Shown here piece after piece: positions 18,434 to 27,188 of a stretch of DNA of 64,000 nt. Location: the NCBI GenBank assembly GCA_019244185.1, contig JAFATB010000022.1:256001-320000 (forward strand), read 5' to 3'. The translations under genes were made by a program, and so were the position numbers. The notes below the pieces were generated by a model. It was not told the origin of the DNA, made no database searches, and saw nothing but the letters and a program-made list of their open reading frames with translations. Origin of the DNA: Acidobacteriota bacterium (GTDB lineage: Bacteria > Acidobacteriota > Thermoanaerobaculia > Gp7-AA8). Each line of letters starts with the position of its first letter. The stretch's first letter is position 1.

Positions 18434-19192
18434 ATGGACGTCAAGGCATACGGCCTCACCCACGTCGGCCGCCAGAGGCAGCACAACGAAGACGCGTTTC
18501 TCGTCGAAGACGATGCGCGGCTCTTCCTCGTCGCCGACGGCATGGGAGGTCACGCCGCGGGCGAGATCGCCTCGCGGATCGCCGTCGACTCGATCTCGGA
18601 ATTCATCCTCCACACGAAAGAAGACGACGGCACCTGGCCGCACGCGTACGACGAGCATTTCCGCCGCTCGACGAATCGCCTCATGGCCGCCGTGCGCATG
18701 GCCAACTCGCGCGTGCTCGAGGCGATGCGCAAGGACGCGCGCCTGCGCGGCATGGGCACGACCGTCGTGGCCTGCCTCGCCGACGAGGGCACGGTCTCGG
18801 TCGCGCACGTCGGCGACTCGCGCGCGTATCTGATTCGCGCCGGCCAGCTCTCGCGTATCACGAACGATCACTCGTGGGTCTTCGAGCAGGTGCAGGCGGG
18901 CATGCTCACCGAGGCGGAAGCGGAGAAGCATCCGCTGCGCAACGTCATCACGCGCGCGCTCGGCGGCGCGCTGCAGGTGACGCCGGACGCGTCCGAGACC
19001 GAGGCGCAGAAGGGCGACGTCTTCCTGCTCTGCTCGGACGGACTGACCGGCATGGTCCCTGAAAGTGAGATCCTGCGCATCGTGACGGCGAATGACGGCG
19101 ATCTGCAGAAAGCCTGTCAACAGCTCATCGATGCGGCCAACGAGCGCGGCGGTCTCGACAACGTCACCGCGGTCCTCGTGAAAACCGTTTAG
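18434..19192 (+). CDS. PP2C-type Ser/Thr protein phosphatase (Stp1/PrpC family)
   Basis: NEDA, VADGMGGHAAGEIAS, HVGDSRAY, LLCSDGL, GGLDNVT. Confidence 0.93.
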   Translation: MDVKAYGLTHVGRQRQHNEDAFLVEDDARLFLVADGMGGHAAGEIASRIAVDSISEFILHTKEDDGTWPHAYDEHFRRSTNRLMAAVRMANSRVLEAMRKDARLRGMGTTVVACLADEGTVSVAHVGDSRAYLIRAGQLSRITNDHSWVFEQVQAGMLTEAEAEKHPLRNVITRALGGALQVTPDASETEAQKGDVFLLCSDGLTGMVPESEILRIVTANDGDLQKACQQLIDAANERGGLDNVTAVLVKTV

Positions 19193-19203
19193 AAGGATCG
19201 CAC

Positions 19204-19431
19204 GTGCACGTTCGAATCGATTACTGCGGCGTCTGAAACTACTTGCCACGGGCCTCCAGTCTGGCGGCCGAGATCAAGAAGACCCTGGGATACGACAGCG
19301 AGATCGTTCGCGGCAGCGGCGGCATCTTCGTCGTGACCGTCGACAACCGCGTCCTCTTCTCGAAGAAAGAAGAAGGACGCTTCCCGCGCGAGAGCGAGAT
19401 CATCGAGAAGATTCGCGAGATCCAGTCTTGA
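19204..19431 (+). CDS. SelT/SelW/SelH (Rdx family) selenoprotein, CxxU motif, UGA at 19234-19236 read as Sec
   Basis: GTG CAC GTT CGA ATC GAT TAC TGC GGC GTC TGA AAC TAC TTG = MHVRIDYCGVUNYL, in frame with ORF 19243-19431 carrying Rdx motifs 'GSGGIFVV' and 'FSKKEEGRFP'. Confidence 0.88.
19251..19269 (+). promoter_or_regulatory. Putative bacterial SECIS hairpin
   Basis: GGCC-T-CCA-GTC-TGG-C-GGCC stem-loop with G-containing apical loop ~23 nt downstream of the in-frame UGA. Confidence 0.6.
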
Positions 19432-19772
19432 GCAGCAACGAGCCGTCTTTCATCGAGCGCATCGCCGAAAGCGTGCAGATGCACGCGAACGCGAAGCAGG
19501 TCTACGGCGAGCCGATCGAGCGCGGCGGCATGACGCTCATTCCGGTCGCGCGCGTGCAGTGGGGCTTCGGCGCCGGCACCCTCGGGCGCGGCACGCGCGG
19601 CGGCGGCGGAGGCGGCGGCGTGCGCGCGTATCCCTCCGGCTTCATCGAACTGCACGACGGCCACGCGGCGTTCCGCGCCATTCACGACGCACACTCGACC
19701 GCTCTCCTCGGCGGCGTCGCGCTCGGCGGCCTCGTCGCCGGTCTCGTTCTCGGACGGCTTCTCCGCCGCTAG
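19428..19772 (+). CDS. YtfJ/GerW-family protein
   Basis: 'VYGEPIERGGMTLIPVARVQWGFGAG...GGGGGGGVRAYPSGFIE' plus C-terminal TM. Confidence 0.75.
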   Translation: MSSNEPSFIERIAESVQMHANAKQVYGEPIERGGMTLIPVARVQWGFGAGTLGRGTRGGGGGGGVRAYPSGFIELHDGHAAFRAIHDAHSTALLGGVALGGLVAGLVLGRLLRR

Positions 19773-19790
19773 CCCACTACAATCATCGCC

Positions 19791-21545
19791 GTGCATCCCG
19801 ACGTCGAGGAAGTGCGGCCGAAGCTGAAGGAGATCCTCTACGACTGCGCGGTCGAGATCCGCGCGACGAAGGCCGCGCTTTATCTGTCGACTGCCGCGAG
19901 CCGCTACGAGCTCGTCACCGAGTACGGCTTCCGCGGCAACCTGCGCACGCTGACGGACGACACGGATCCCGTCGTCGATCGCTGCGGCCGCGGCCGGACG
20001 CCGTTCTACGTGAACGGCGTCGGCGCCGAGCCGCGCTTCTCGCAGCGGCTGTTCGAGGCGTCGACCGATCGCCTGCTCGTCGCGCCGCTCTACTCGCGCG
20101 GCAAGCTCGTCGGCCTCATCGACATGCGCGACAAAGCCGGCAAGGCGCCGTTCGAGGAAGCGGACGTGCTCAAGGCGCAGTCCATCGCCGACCGCATCGT
20201 CGCGCTGTTCGCGAAGTCGAACCTCTTCGGCCATCACTACATCGCGCTCTCGCGCGCGTCGGGCGAGCATCTCGCGGTCAGCAGCGACCGCGCGGACGAT
20301 GGTCCCGACCGCCCGCTCGTCAGCGCGACGCCGCCCGTGCGCGAGAAGCCGCGCGTCGCGCCCGCGCCACCGCCGCAGCAACAGGCGCCGCCGCCCGCCG
20401 CCGCGCCCGAGCTCGCGCCGCCGCGCGCGATCGGCAACAGCGCGTTCGACGCGAACCGCCTCGCGATTCTCGTCCGCAGCGCGCACGAGGCCGCGAGCCG
20501 CATCGGAACGGCGGATGCCGAGGCGATCGGCGAGACGGAAGTCTCCGCGGCGCGCGACGTGCTGCGCTCGATCCTCCTCGTCCCCGGCGCCATCGCGGCG
20601 GTGTTCTCGACCTTCGGCCACCTCGGCGGCGTGCAGGAGATCGCCGCGCGCACCGCGCTCACCGACGACGCGCAGCGGCTGATTCAGGAGAAGCTCAACG
20701 CGTGGCTCGCCAAGCGCGGCGAAGCGGGCGCGTTCGTGCGCACGAACATCAACGCGCCGTTCGGCACGTCCGCCGCGCCGATCACCGCCGCCGACATCCA
20801 GAAGGTCGTCACCGCGCCGCTGTCTTCGCCCGTGCCGCGCGGTCTGTATCTGACAGTCGTCTTCGCCGCGAAGCCGGAGCGCGCGACGCACGATCTCCTC
20901 GCGGTGCTGCACGCGCACCTGCAGCTCGTGCTCGAACAATCGCTGCAGCGCGGTGCGGCCGGCTCGCTGCGCGCGCGCATCGCGGAGAAGCTCGTCGAGC
21001 CCGACTTCGCGAAGCTGCCCGCGCTGCGGAGGCACTCCGATCTCGTCTCGCGGCTGACGGAATCGTTCGCGCGTTACATCGGACTGCCCGCCGCCGACGT
21101 CGAGAACGCGCGTCTCGCCGCGCTGGTGCACGACTGCGGCATGCGCCTACTCGACTACGAACGCCTCTATCGCAAGCGCCAGCTCACGCACGAGGATCTG
21201 GCGATGCTGCGCGAGCACGCCACCGTCGGCGCCGCGCTCGTCGAGCCGCTCCTCGGCCCCGACGTCGCGCGCGTCGTGCTCGCGCATCACGAGCGCGTCG
21301 ACGGCCGCGGCTATCCGCACGAGCTGCGCGGCGACGACATCCCGCTCGCCGCGCGCCTGCTGCAGATCGCCGACGCGTGGGTGACGATGATCGATCCGGA
21401 GAGCTACCACGCGCCGGAGCCGTTCTCGAACGCAATCGCCTCCGTCGCGCGCGGCGCGGGCTCGCAGTTCGACGCCGAGCTCGCGCAGAAGTTCATTGAG
21501 TTGATCCGGAGCGGGTCGGCGCGGCCGGCAGCGCCAAAAGCGTAG
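19791..21545 (+). CDS. GAF plus HD-GYP cyclic dinucleotide phosphodiesterase
   Basis: N-terminal GAF-like ('LLVAPLYSRGKLVGLI'), Pro-rich linker, 'LVHDCG', 'HHERVDGRGYP', 'IADAW', 'QFD'. Confidence 0.85.
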   Translation: MHPDVEEVRPKLKEILYDCAVEIRATKAALYLSTAASRYELVTEYGFRGNLRTLTDDTDPVVDRCGRGRTPFYVNGVGAEPRFSQRLFEASTDRLLVAPLYSRGKLVGLIDMRDKAGKAPFEEADVLKAQSIADRIVALFAKSNLFGHHYIALSRASGEHLAVSSDRADDGPDRPLVSATPPVREKPRVAPAPPPQQQAPPPAAAPELAPPRAIGNSAFDANRLAILVRSAHEAASRIGTADAEAIGETEVSAARDVLRSILLVPGAIAAVFSTFGHLGGVQEIAARTALTDDAQRLIQEKLNAWLAKRGEAGAFVRTNINAPFGTSAAPITAADIQKVVTAPLSSPVPRGLYLTVVFAAKPERATHDLLAVLHAHLQLVLEQSLQRGAAGSLRARIAEKLVEPDFAKLPALRRHSDLVSRLTESFARYIGLPAADVENARLAALVHDCGMRLLDYERLYRKRQLTHEDLAMLREHATVGAALVEPLLGPDVARVVLAHHERVDGRGYPHELRGDDIPLAARLLQIADAWVTMIDPESYHAPEPFSNAIASVARGAGSQFDAELAQKFIELIRSGSARPAAPKA

Positions 21546-21564
21546 GCGCCTTTATCATGCGCGC

Positions 21565-21849
21565 GTGAACATCGACCGCAACGAAGCGCGCCGCATCGCC
21601 GCGCTCGCGCATCTCGAGCTCGACGAGCCCGCGCTCGACCGTATGGCCGCCGAGATGACGAAGATCCTCACGTACATCGATCAGCTGCGCGAGATCGACA
21701 CGACCGGCTTCGACGAACGCGCCGCGACGGAGACGCCGCTGCGCGACGACCATCCACGGCCGTCGACCGAGCGCGACGCCGTCGCCGCGAATGCGCCCGC
21801 GTGGCGCGACGGTTTCTTCGTCGTGCCGAAGGTGATCGGCGGTGAGTGA
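21565..21849 (+). CDS. gatC: Asp-tRNA(Asn)/Glu-tRNA(Gln) amidotransferase subunit C
   Basis: 'IAALAHLEL...ILTYIDQLREIDT...LRDD...NAP...FFVVPKVI'; directly upstream of gatA. Confidence 0.93.
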   Translation: MNIDRNEARRIAALAHLELDEPALDRMAAEMTKILTYIDQLREIDTTGFDERAATETPLRDDHPRPSTERDAVAANAPAWRDGFFVVPKVIGGE

Positions 21850-23245
21850 CGTTCTCGAACTGCCGTGGACCGAGGCGCGCGAGGAAGTCTCGCCGCGCGA
21901 GTACGTCGACGCCTGCCTGCGCGCGATCGGCACGCACAATCGTTCGCTGAACGCATTTCTCAGCGTCAACGACGTTGCGCCCGAAGGCTCGCTGCCGATC
22001 GCGGTCAAAGACAACATCGTCACCACAGACTTGCCGACGACATGCGCGTCGGCGATCCTGCGGAACTTCCGCTCGCCGTTCGATGCCACCGCCATCGCGC
22101 GGCTGCGCGCGCGCGGCGCGTCGATCGTCGGCAAGACGAACCTCGACGAGTTCGCGATGGGCTCATCGACGGAGCACTCCGCGTTCGGTCCGACGCGCAA
22201 TCCGTGGGATCCGACGCGCGTGCCCGGCGGCTCGTCGGGCGGATCCACCGCCGCGGTGGCGGCGCGGCTCGTCCCCGCGGCGCTCGGGTCGGAAACGGGC
22301 GGCTCGGTGCGGCAGCCGGCGGCGCTCTGCGGCATCGTCGGACTCAAGCCGACGTACGGCCGCATCAGCCGCAACGGCCTCGTCGCGTTCGCGTCGAGCC
22401 TCGATCAGATCGGCATCGCCACGAAGACCGTTCGCGACTGCGCGGAAATCCTCGGCATCATCGCGGGGCACGATCCGTACGACTCGACGTCGAGCACCGA
22501 ACCGGTCGACGACTACGCCGCCGATCTCGCATCGGGCGTGAAGGGTCTCCGCTTCGGCATCGTGCGCGAGGCGCTCGCGCAGCTCACCGGCGAAGTGCGC
22601 GCGAACTTCGACGCCGCGGTCGCGGTGCTGCGCGGCGGCGGCGCGATCGTGGAGGAAGCGTCCGTGCCGTCGATCGGCAGCGCGGTCGCCATCTACTACA
22701 TCGTCGCGAACGCGGAGGCGAGCGCGAACCTGTCGCGGTTCGACGGCATCCGCTACGGCTATCGCAGCGAACGCGCGCGGACGCTCGACGCGGTGTACGC
22801 GGAGTCGCGCGGCGACGGCTTCGGCCCGGAAGTGAAGCGGCGGATCATGCTCGGCACGTTCGCGCTCTCGTCCGGCTACTACGACGCGTACTACAGCCGC
22901 GCGCAGCGCGTGCGCGCGAAGCTGCGGCACGAGTTCGCGGAAGCGTTCCGCGCGTTCGATTTCCTGATCACGCCGACGACGCCGGAGTCCGCGTTTCCGA
23001 TCGGCGCGAAGACGGACGATCCGCTGTCGATGTACCTCAACGACATCTTCACCGCGCCCGCGAACCTCGTCGGCATTCCGGCGATCGCCGTGCCGTCCGG
23101 CTTCGATCGCGCCGGGCTGCCGCTCTCGCTGCAGTTCATGGCCACGCATTTCGCGGAGCGCGCGCTCTTTCGCGCCGCGGCGTTTTACGAGCGCGAGACC
23201 CACTACTGGCGCCGCGCGCCGATGCTACAATCGGAGCGTGCGTAG
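21842..23245 (+). CDS. gatA: Asp-tRNA(Asn)/Glu-tRNA(Gln) amidotransferase subunit A
   Basis: KDNI, GKTNLDEFAMGSSTE, PGGSSGGS, GSETGGSVRQPA, EVKRRIMLGTFALSSGYYDAYY. Confidence 0.97.
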   Translation: MSDVLELPWTEAREEVSPREYVDACLRAIGTHNRSLNAFLSVNDVAPEGSLPIAVKDNIVTTDLPTTCASAILRNFRSPFDATAIARLRARGASIVGKTNLDEFAMGSSTEHSAFGPTRNPWDPTRVPGGSSGGSTAAVAARLVPAALGSETGGSVRQPAALCGIVGLKPTYGRISRNGLVAFASSLDQIGIATKTVRDCAEILGIIAGHDPYDSTSSTEPVDDYAADLASGVKGLRFGIVREALAQLTGEVRANFDAAVAVLRGGGAIVEEASVPSIGSAVAIYYIVANAEASANLSRFDGIRYGYRSERARTLDAVYAESRGDGFGPEVKRRIMLGTFALSSGYYDAYYSRAQRVRAKLRHEFAEAFRAFDFLITPTTPESAFPIGAKTDDPLSMYLNDIFTAPANLVGIPAIAVPSGFDRAGLPLSLQFMATHFAERALFRAAAFYERETHYWRRAPMLQSERA

Positions 23246-25130
23246 TGGGTGGGTGGGCTCGATCCTCATAATTGCGGCTTCTGTACTGACGGCCGCCCCC
23301 TCGTCTCCGATCGCCACCGCACAAATCAACAACGAACTGCGCGCGAGCCTCACACGCGACTACGAGCTCGAAGTCCTCGTGCAGCCGCACGACGGCGACG
23401 CGTGGACGCGGCTCGCCAAACGCGTCACCGGCGACGCCGCGAACTGGGAAACGATCGCCGCGTACAGCCAGCTCGACGACCGCCTGCAGAGCGAACAGAA
23501 AGTGCGCGTGCCGTTCGCGCTGCTCCGTCCCTCGCTGCAGCGTGACGTCATCAAGGCGCTCTTTCCGAACGACCACTCCACCGCCGGCGGCTGGCAGCAC
23601 GTCGTCGCCGGCACGTACGGCATCGAAGGCGAATCGCTCTGGAACATCGCGGAGTGGCTCACCGGCGACGGCGCGAACTACACCCTCATCCGCAAAGCCA
23701 ATCCTTCCCAGGGACTCTCGACCCGCAAAGGTGACGTGATCCTCGTTCCCAAACGACTGCTCACCGCCGCATTCGGCGGGAGCATGGAGGAAGAGAATGC
23801 ACCGAAGACGGCAGCAGAGGTTCGGCAACCCGCGGACGATCCGGTTCAGCGTGCAGCAGCGGATGAAAATGTACCGGAGACGACTGCGCAGCCTCTGGGA
23901 ACTGCGGCGCTGACGCCGTCTCCGATTCCGGCGTCCACGCCGTCGCTGTCGCCGGCGTCGCTGTCTTACGTCCGCACGGGCGCCGAGCCGTACGCCGTCT
24001 ATCGACTGCAGCCGGGCGAGGCGCTCTACTCGTCCGTCGCCATCCGCTTCACCGGCCGCGTCTACTCGAAGGACGTCGGCGACGTCGTCGAACGCATCGT
24101 GAAGTTCAACGAGATCGACGACGTCGCCAGGATCCCGGCGAACTATCCGGTGAAGATCCCGATCGCGCTGCTGCTGCCCGAGTATCTGCCGCAGGACGAT
24201 CCGGCGCGCGTCGCGCGCGAGGCCACGCGCCGCGAAAGCGCGAAGGTCGCGCGCCGCACGCGCGCGGCTGGGCTCTCCGGCGTGCAGGTGATCCTCGACG
24301 CGGGCCACGGCGGACGCGACGTCGGCACCGAGCACGAGGACGTGTGGGAGTCGACGTACGTGTACGACGTCGCCTGCCGGCTCAAGGCGCTGCTCGAGAA
24401 AAAGAGCGCGGCGAAAGTGTCGATGACCACGAAGTCGAAGAGCCGCGGCTTTGCGTTCACCGACAGCAACGTCCTCGACGGCGCGAGCGATCACTACGTG
24501 CAGACGACGCCGAAGTATCTGCTCGACGACGCCATCGTCGGCGTGAACCTCCGCTGGTATCTCGCGAACTCGCTCTTCCGCCGTGCGATCAAACAGGGAC
24601 TCGCGCGCGAGAAGGTGCTCTTCCTCTCCATCCACGCCGACTCGCTCCATCCGTCGCTGCGCGGCGCGATGGCGTACATCCCCGGCGCGGGCTACGTGCC
24701 GCCGTCGTATCGCAAGAACGGCGACATCTATCTGACGCGCGAGGAAGTGCGCGAGCAGCCGACCGTGAAGCAGTCGCGCGAGGAAGCGCTCGCCGCCGAA
24801 GGTCTCTCACGCGATTTCGCTGAGTCGATCATGACCTCCTTCCGCAACCTCGGCCTCAAGGTCCATCCGTTCGAAGCGGTGCGCGACAACGTCGTGCGCG
24901 GCGGTCACGAATGGGTTCCCGCCGTCATCCGCTACAACCAGGTTCCCACGCGCATGCTCCTCGAGGTCTGCAACCTCGGCAATCGCTCCGACCGCGAGCT
25001 GATCAAGACCGCGAAGTACCGCCAGCAGCTCGCCGAGGGGATCTATCGCGGCATGATCGACTTCTATGCGACGCAGCAGCAGGACGCGCCCGCGCCCGCC
25101 GTCGTCGCCTCGCGCGGCGCATCGAAGTAG
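23238..25130 (+). CDS. N-acetylmuramoyl-L-alanine amidase (Amidase_3) with LysM-like repeats
   Basis: Signal peptide; three LysM-like segments (e.g. GESLWNIAEWLTG); ILDAGHGG, SIHADS, LLEVCNL. Confidence 0.88.
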   Translation: MRSGWVGSILIIAASVLTAAPSSPIATAQINNELRASLTRDYELEVLVQPHDGDAWTRLAKRVTGDAANWETIAAYSQLDDRLQSEQKVRVPFALLRPSLQRDVIKALFPNDHSTAGGWQHVVAGTYGIEGESLWNIAEWLTGDGANYTLIRKANPSQGLSTRKGDVILVPKRLLTAAFGGSMEEENAPKTAAEVRQPADDPVQRAAADENVPETTAQPLGTAALTPSPIPASTPSLSPASLSYVRTGAEPYAVYRLQPGEALYSSVAIRFTGRVYSKDVGDVVERIVKFNEIDDVARIPANYPVKIPIALLLPEYLPQDDPARVAREATRRESAKVARRTRAAGLSGVQVILDAGHGGRDVGTEHEDVWESTYVYDVACRLKALLEKKSAAKVSMTTKSKSRGFAFTDSNVLDGASDHYVQTTPKYLLDDAIVGVNLRWYLANSLFRRAIKQGLAREKVLFLSIHADSLHPSLRGAMAYIPGAGYVPPSYRKNGDIYLTREEVREQPTVKQSREEALAAEGLSRDFAESIMTSFRNLGLKVHPFEAVRDNVVRGGHEWVPAVIRYNQVPTRMLLEVCNLGNRSDRELIKTAKYRQQLAEGIYRGMIDFYATQQQDAPAPAVVASRGASK

Positions 25131-25186
25131 CGTCGCGCGCGTTGCAACGGCGCTTCATCGGAGCGGATCGTGCACCGAATGTTGCT

Positions 25187-26107
25187 ATGGGAGAGTCGCT
25201 GCCGGTCTCGACGAAGATCATCGCTTCGTTGATTGTGCTGGCCGTCGCGTGGGCGCTCTCGGCGCTCGCGCGCTGGATCGCCGAGCGCCGCGGCTCGGCC
25301 GAGCACGTCCGCCGCAAGTTCTGGATTCACCAGCTCGCGCGCGTGCTGATCACGAGCTTGTGGCTCTTCGCGCTGGCGACGTTGTGGATCACCGGCACCG
25401 CGCGCATGGGGACGATCGCCGCCGTGCTGACGGCAGGGCTCACGGTCGCGCTGCAGCGCGTCATCACCTCGATCGCCGGCTACTTCTCGATCCTGCGCGG
25501 GAGCACGTTCACCGTCGGCGACCGCATTACGATGGGCGGCGTGCGCGGCGACGTTGTCGCGCTGAGCTATCTCCGCACGACCATCATGGAGATGGGGCAG
25601 CCGCCCGCCGTGAAGAGCGACGAGCCGGCGATGTGGATCGAAGGGCGCCAGTACACGGGCCGCATCGTGACCATCACGAACGACAAGGACTTCGACACGC
25701 CGGTCTACAACTACACGCGGGAGTTCCCGTACATCTGGGAAGAGATCCGCATCCCCATCAAGTTCGACGCCGACTGGCGCCGCGTCGAGCGCACGCTTCT
25801 GGAACTCGCGGGCAAACACACGGATCCGATCGTGGCCGAGGCGCGCGCCGCGCTGCCGCGTCTTCTCGCGCGGTTCACGTTGTTCGAGCCGCCGCGCATC
25901 GAGCCGGCGACGTTCGTGCGCATCACCGACAACTGGATCGAGCTGACGGTGCGCTTCATCGCCCGCGACCGCGGCGTGCGCGAGCTCAAAAGCGCGATGA
26001 GCCGCGACATCCTCGGCGCGCTCGCGGAGGCGAACATCGACGTCGCATCGACCACGTTCGCGGTCGTCGGGGTGCCGCCGCTGCAGCTCGAGCACGCGCC
26101 GCGCTGA
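25187..26107 (+). CDS. mscS: Small-conductance mechanosensitive channel family protein
   Basis: 3 TMs, 'FTVGDRITMGGVRGDVV...LRTTIME', 'YNYTREFPYIWEEI'. Confidence 0.85.
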   Translation: MGESLPVSTKIIASLIVLAVAWALSALARWIAERRGSAEHVRRKFWIHQLARVLITSLWLFALATLWITGTARMGTIAAVLTAGLTVALQRVITSIAGYFSILRGSTFTVGDRITMGGVRGDVVALSYLRTTIMEMGQPPAVKSDEPAMWIEGRQYTGRIVTITNDKDFDTPVYNYTREFPYIWEEIRIPIKFDADWRRVERTLLELAGKHTDPIVAEARAALPRLLARFTLFEPPRIEPATFVRITDNWIELTVRFIARDRGVRELKSAMSRDILGALAEANIDVASTTFAVVGVPPLQLEHAPR

Positions 26108-26372
26108 CGCATGCACGGAGTCGCGGCACGCACGAGGGATATCACCTCATATCGATCGTGCACGGCGTCGACGTATGCACGGACTCGCGACATGCATGAG
26201 GGATATCACCTCATATCGATCGTGCGTGAAGTCGACGCATGCACAGACTCGCAGCATGCACGCGGGATATCACCCCATATCGATCGCGCGTGAAGTCGAC
26301 GCATGCATGGACTCGCGGCACGCATGAGGGATATCACCGCACATCGATCGTGCGTGCCGTCGACGCATACAC
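26106..26372. repeat. Tandem array, 64-bp unit x4 plus partial copy
   Basis: Units start at 26106, 26170, 26234, 26298, partial at 26362; consensus GACGCATGCACGGACTCGCGGCAYGCAYGAGGGATATCACCYCATATCGATCGTGCGTGVMGTC. Confidence 0.95.
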
Positions 26373-26406
26373 GCGTGCGGCTCGAACGCGCCCGAATGAC
26401 GCGCGC

Positions 26407-27069
26407 TCAGCCGCCGCAACTGCCGGTGACGATGACGTTGACCGGCGGCACATCGACCGTGCCTCCGCCGCTCGGACCGCCGCCGCCCCCCGCTTCCTTG
26501 CAGACGAGCTGTCCCGCGAGGCCCGGCACCTGAATCGTGTACGTGCCTGCCGCGGGCACGCCGCCCGGCACGCCGCCGATCGGGCCGCCGCCCGCCTGCA
26601 GCGGGATCTCCTGGCCGTTGATGAAGACGTGCACCGGCCAGTCCGCATCCGTCTGCAGGTTGGTGATGAAGCCCGGAATCTCCGCGGCGCTGATCGACGC
26701 CGTCGTGAACGCCGGCGTGTTGCTGCCGGAGAGGCACTGGCCGGTGAAGTGGAGCGATTTCGCCGGCGCGTTCGTGTGCACGACGACGGTCTTCTCGCGA
26801 TGTCCGGCGCCGGGATAGAAGTAGCCGAACGTCGTCGTCTGCTGCACGGTCACGACCTGCGAGCCCTGATCCGGCGCGGGATCGGGGAGCGGGGGACTGA
26901 CCGGCTTGTCGGCGACGAGATGTCCGCCCGCGGCATCGCCCTGCCACGTCACGGTCACGTTCCCCGCGCACGGAAGATCGGCGGGCGTGACGTCGAATTT
27001 CCGGATGAGCGGATCGCAGGCCGCGAGGAAGAGCAGACTGACGGCAGAAGGATGTTGCGCATGCCTCAT
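26407..27069 (-). CDS. Hypothetical lipoprotein (Gly/Pro-rich, beta-rich)
   Basis: Lipobox 'LLFLAAC'; host-like codon usage; starts 19 nt after the orphan gene tail. Confidence 0.6.
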   Translation of the reverse strand: MRHAQHPSAVSLLFLAACDPLIRKFDVTPADLPCAGNVTVTWQGDAAGGHLVADKPVSPPLPDPAPDQGSQVVTVQQTTTFGYFYPGAGHREKTVVVHTNAPAKSLHFTGQCLSGSNTPAFTTASISAAEIPGFITNLQTDADWPVHVFINGQEIPLQAGGGPIGGVPGGVPAAGTYTIQVPGLAGQLVCKEAGGGGGPSGGGTVDVPPVNVIVTGSCGG

Positions 27070-27087
27070 CCTAAGCCGGGCGCGGCG

Positions 27088-27141
27088 CTCACTGGAAGTA
27101 GCCGAAGACGTCGATGACGAGATGCACGCTGCCGCCCCTGA
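27088..27141. repeat. Left direct repeat: orphan 3' gene tail encoding ...GGSVHLVIDVFGYFQ* on the minus strand
   Basis: 51/54 nt identical to 28499-28552; in-frame stop upstream and no start, so it is a remnant. Confidence 0.9.
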
Positions 27142-27188
27142 GCCGGCGATCGCGGTAGGGAACGGCTTGCAGCCGTCACTCCTTAGTC

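Noticed and set aside
19243-19431. 62-aa stand-alone ORF or pseudogene
   Set aside because: It is the post-UGA part of a CxxU selenoprotein starting at 19204
26106-26372. CRISPR array
   Set aside because: The whole 64-bp unit is repeated with no unique spacers, and no cas genes are in the window
26111-27117. ORFs running through the 64-bp array (26111-26293, 26239-27117, 25066-26199)
   Set aside because: The unit length is not a multiple of 3, the peptides just cycle through frames, and they overlap better-supported genes
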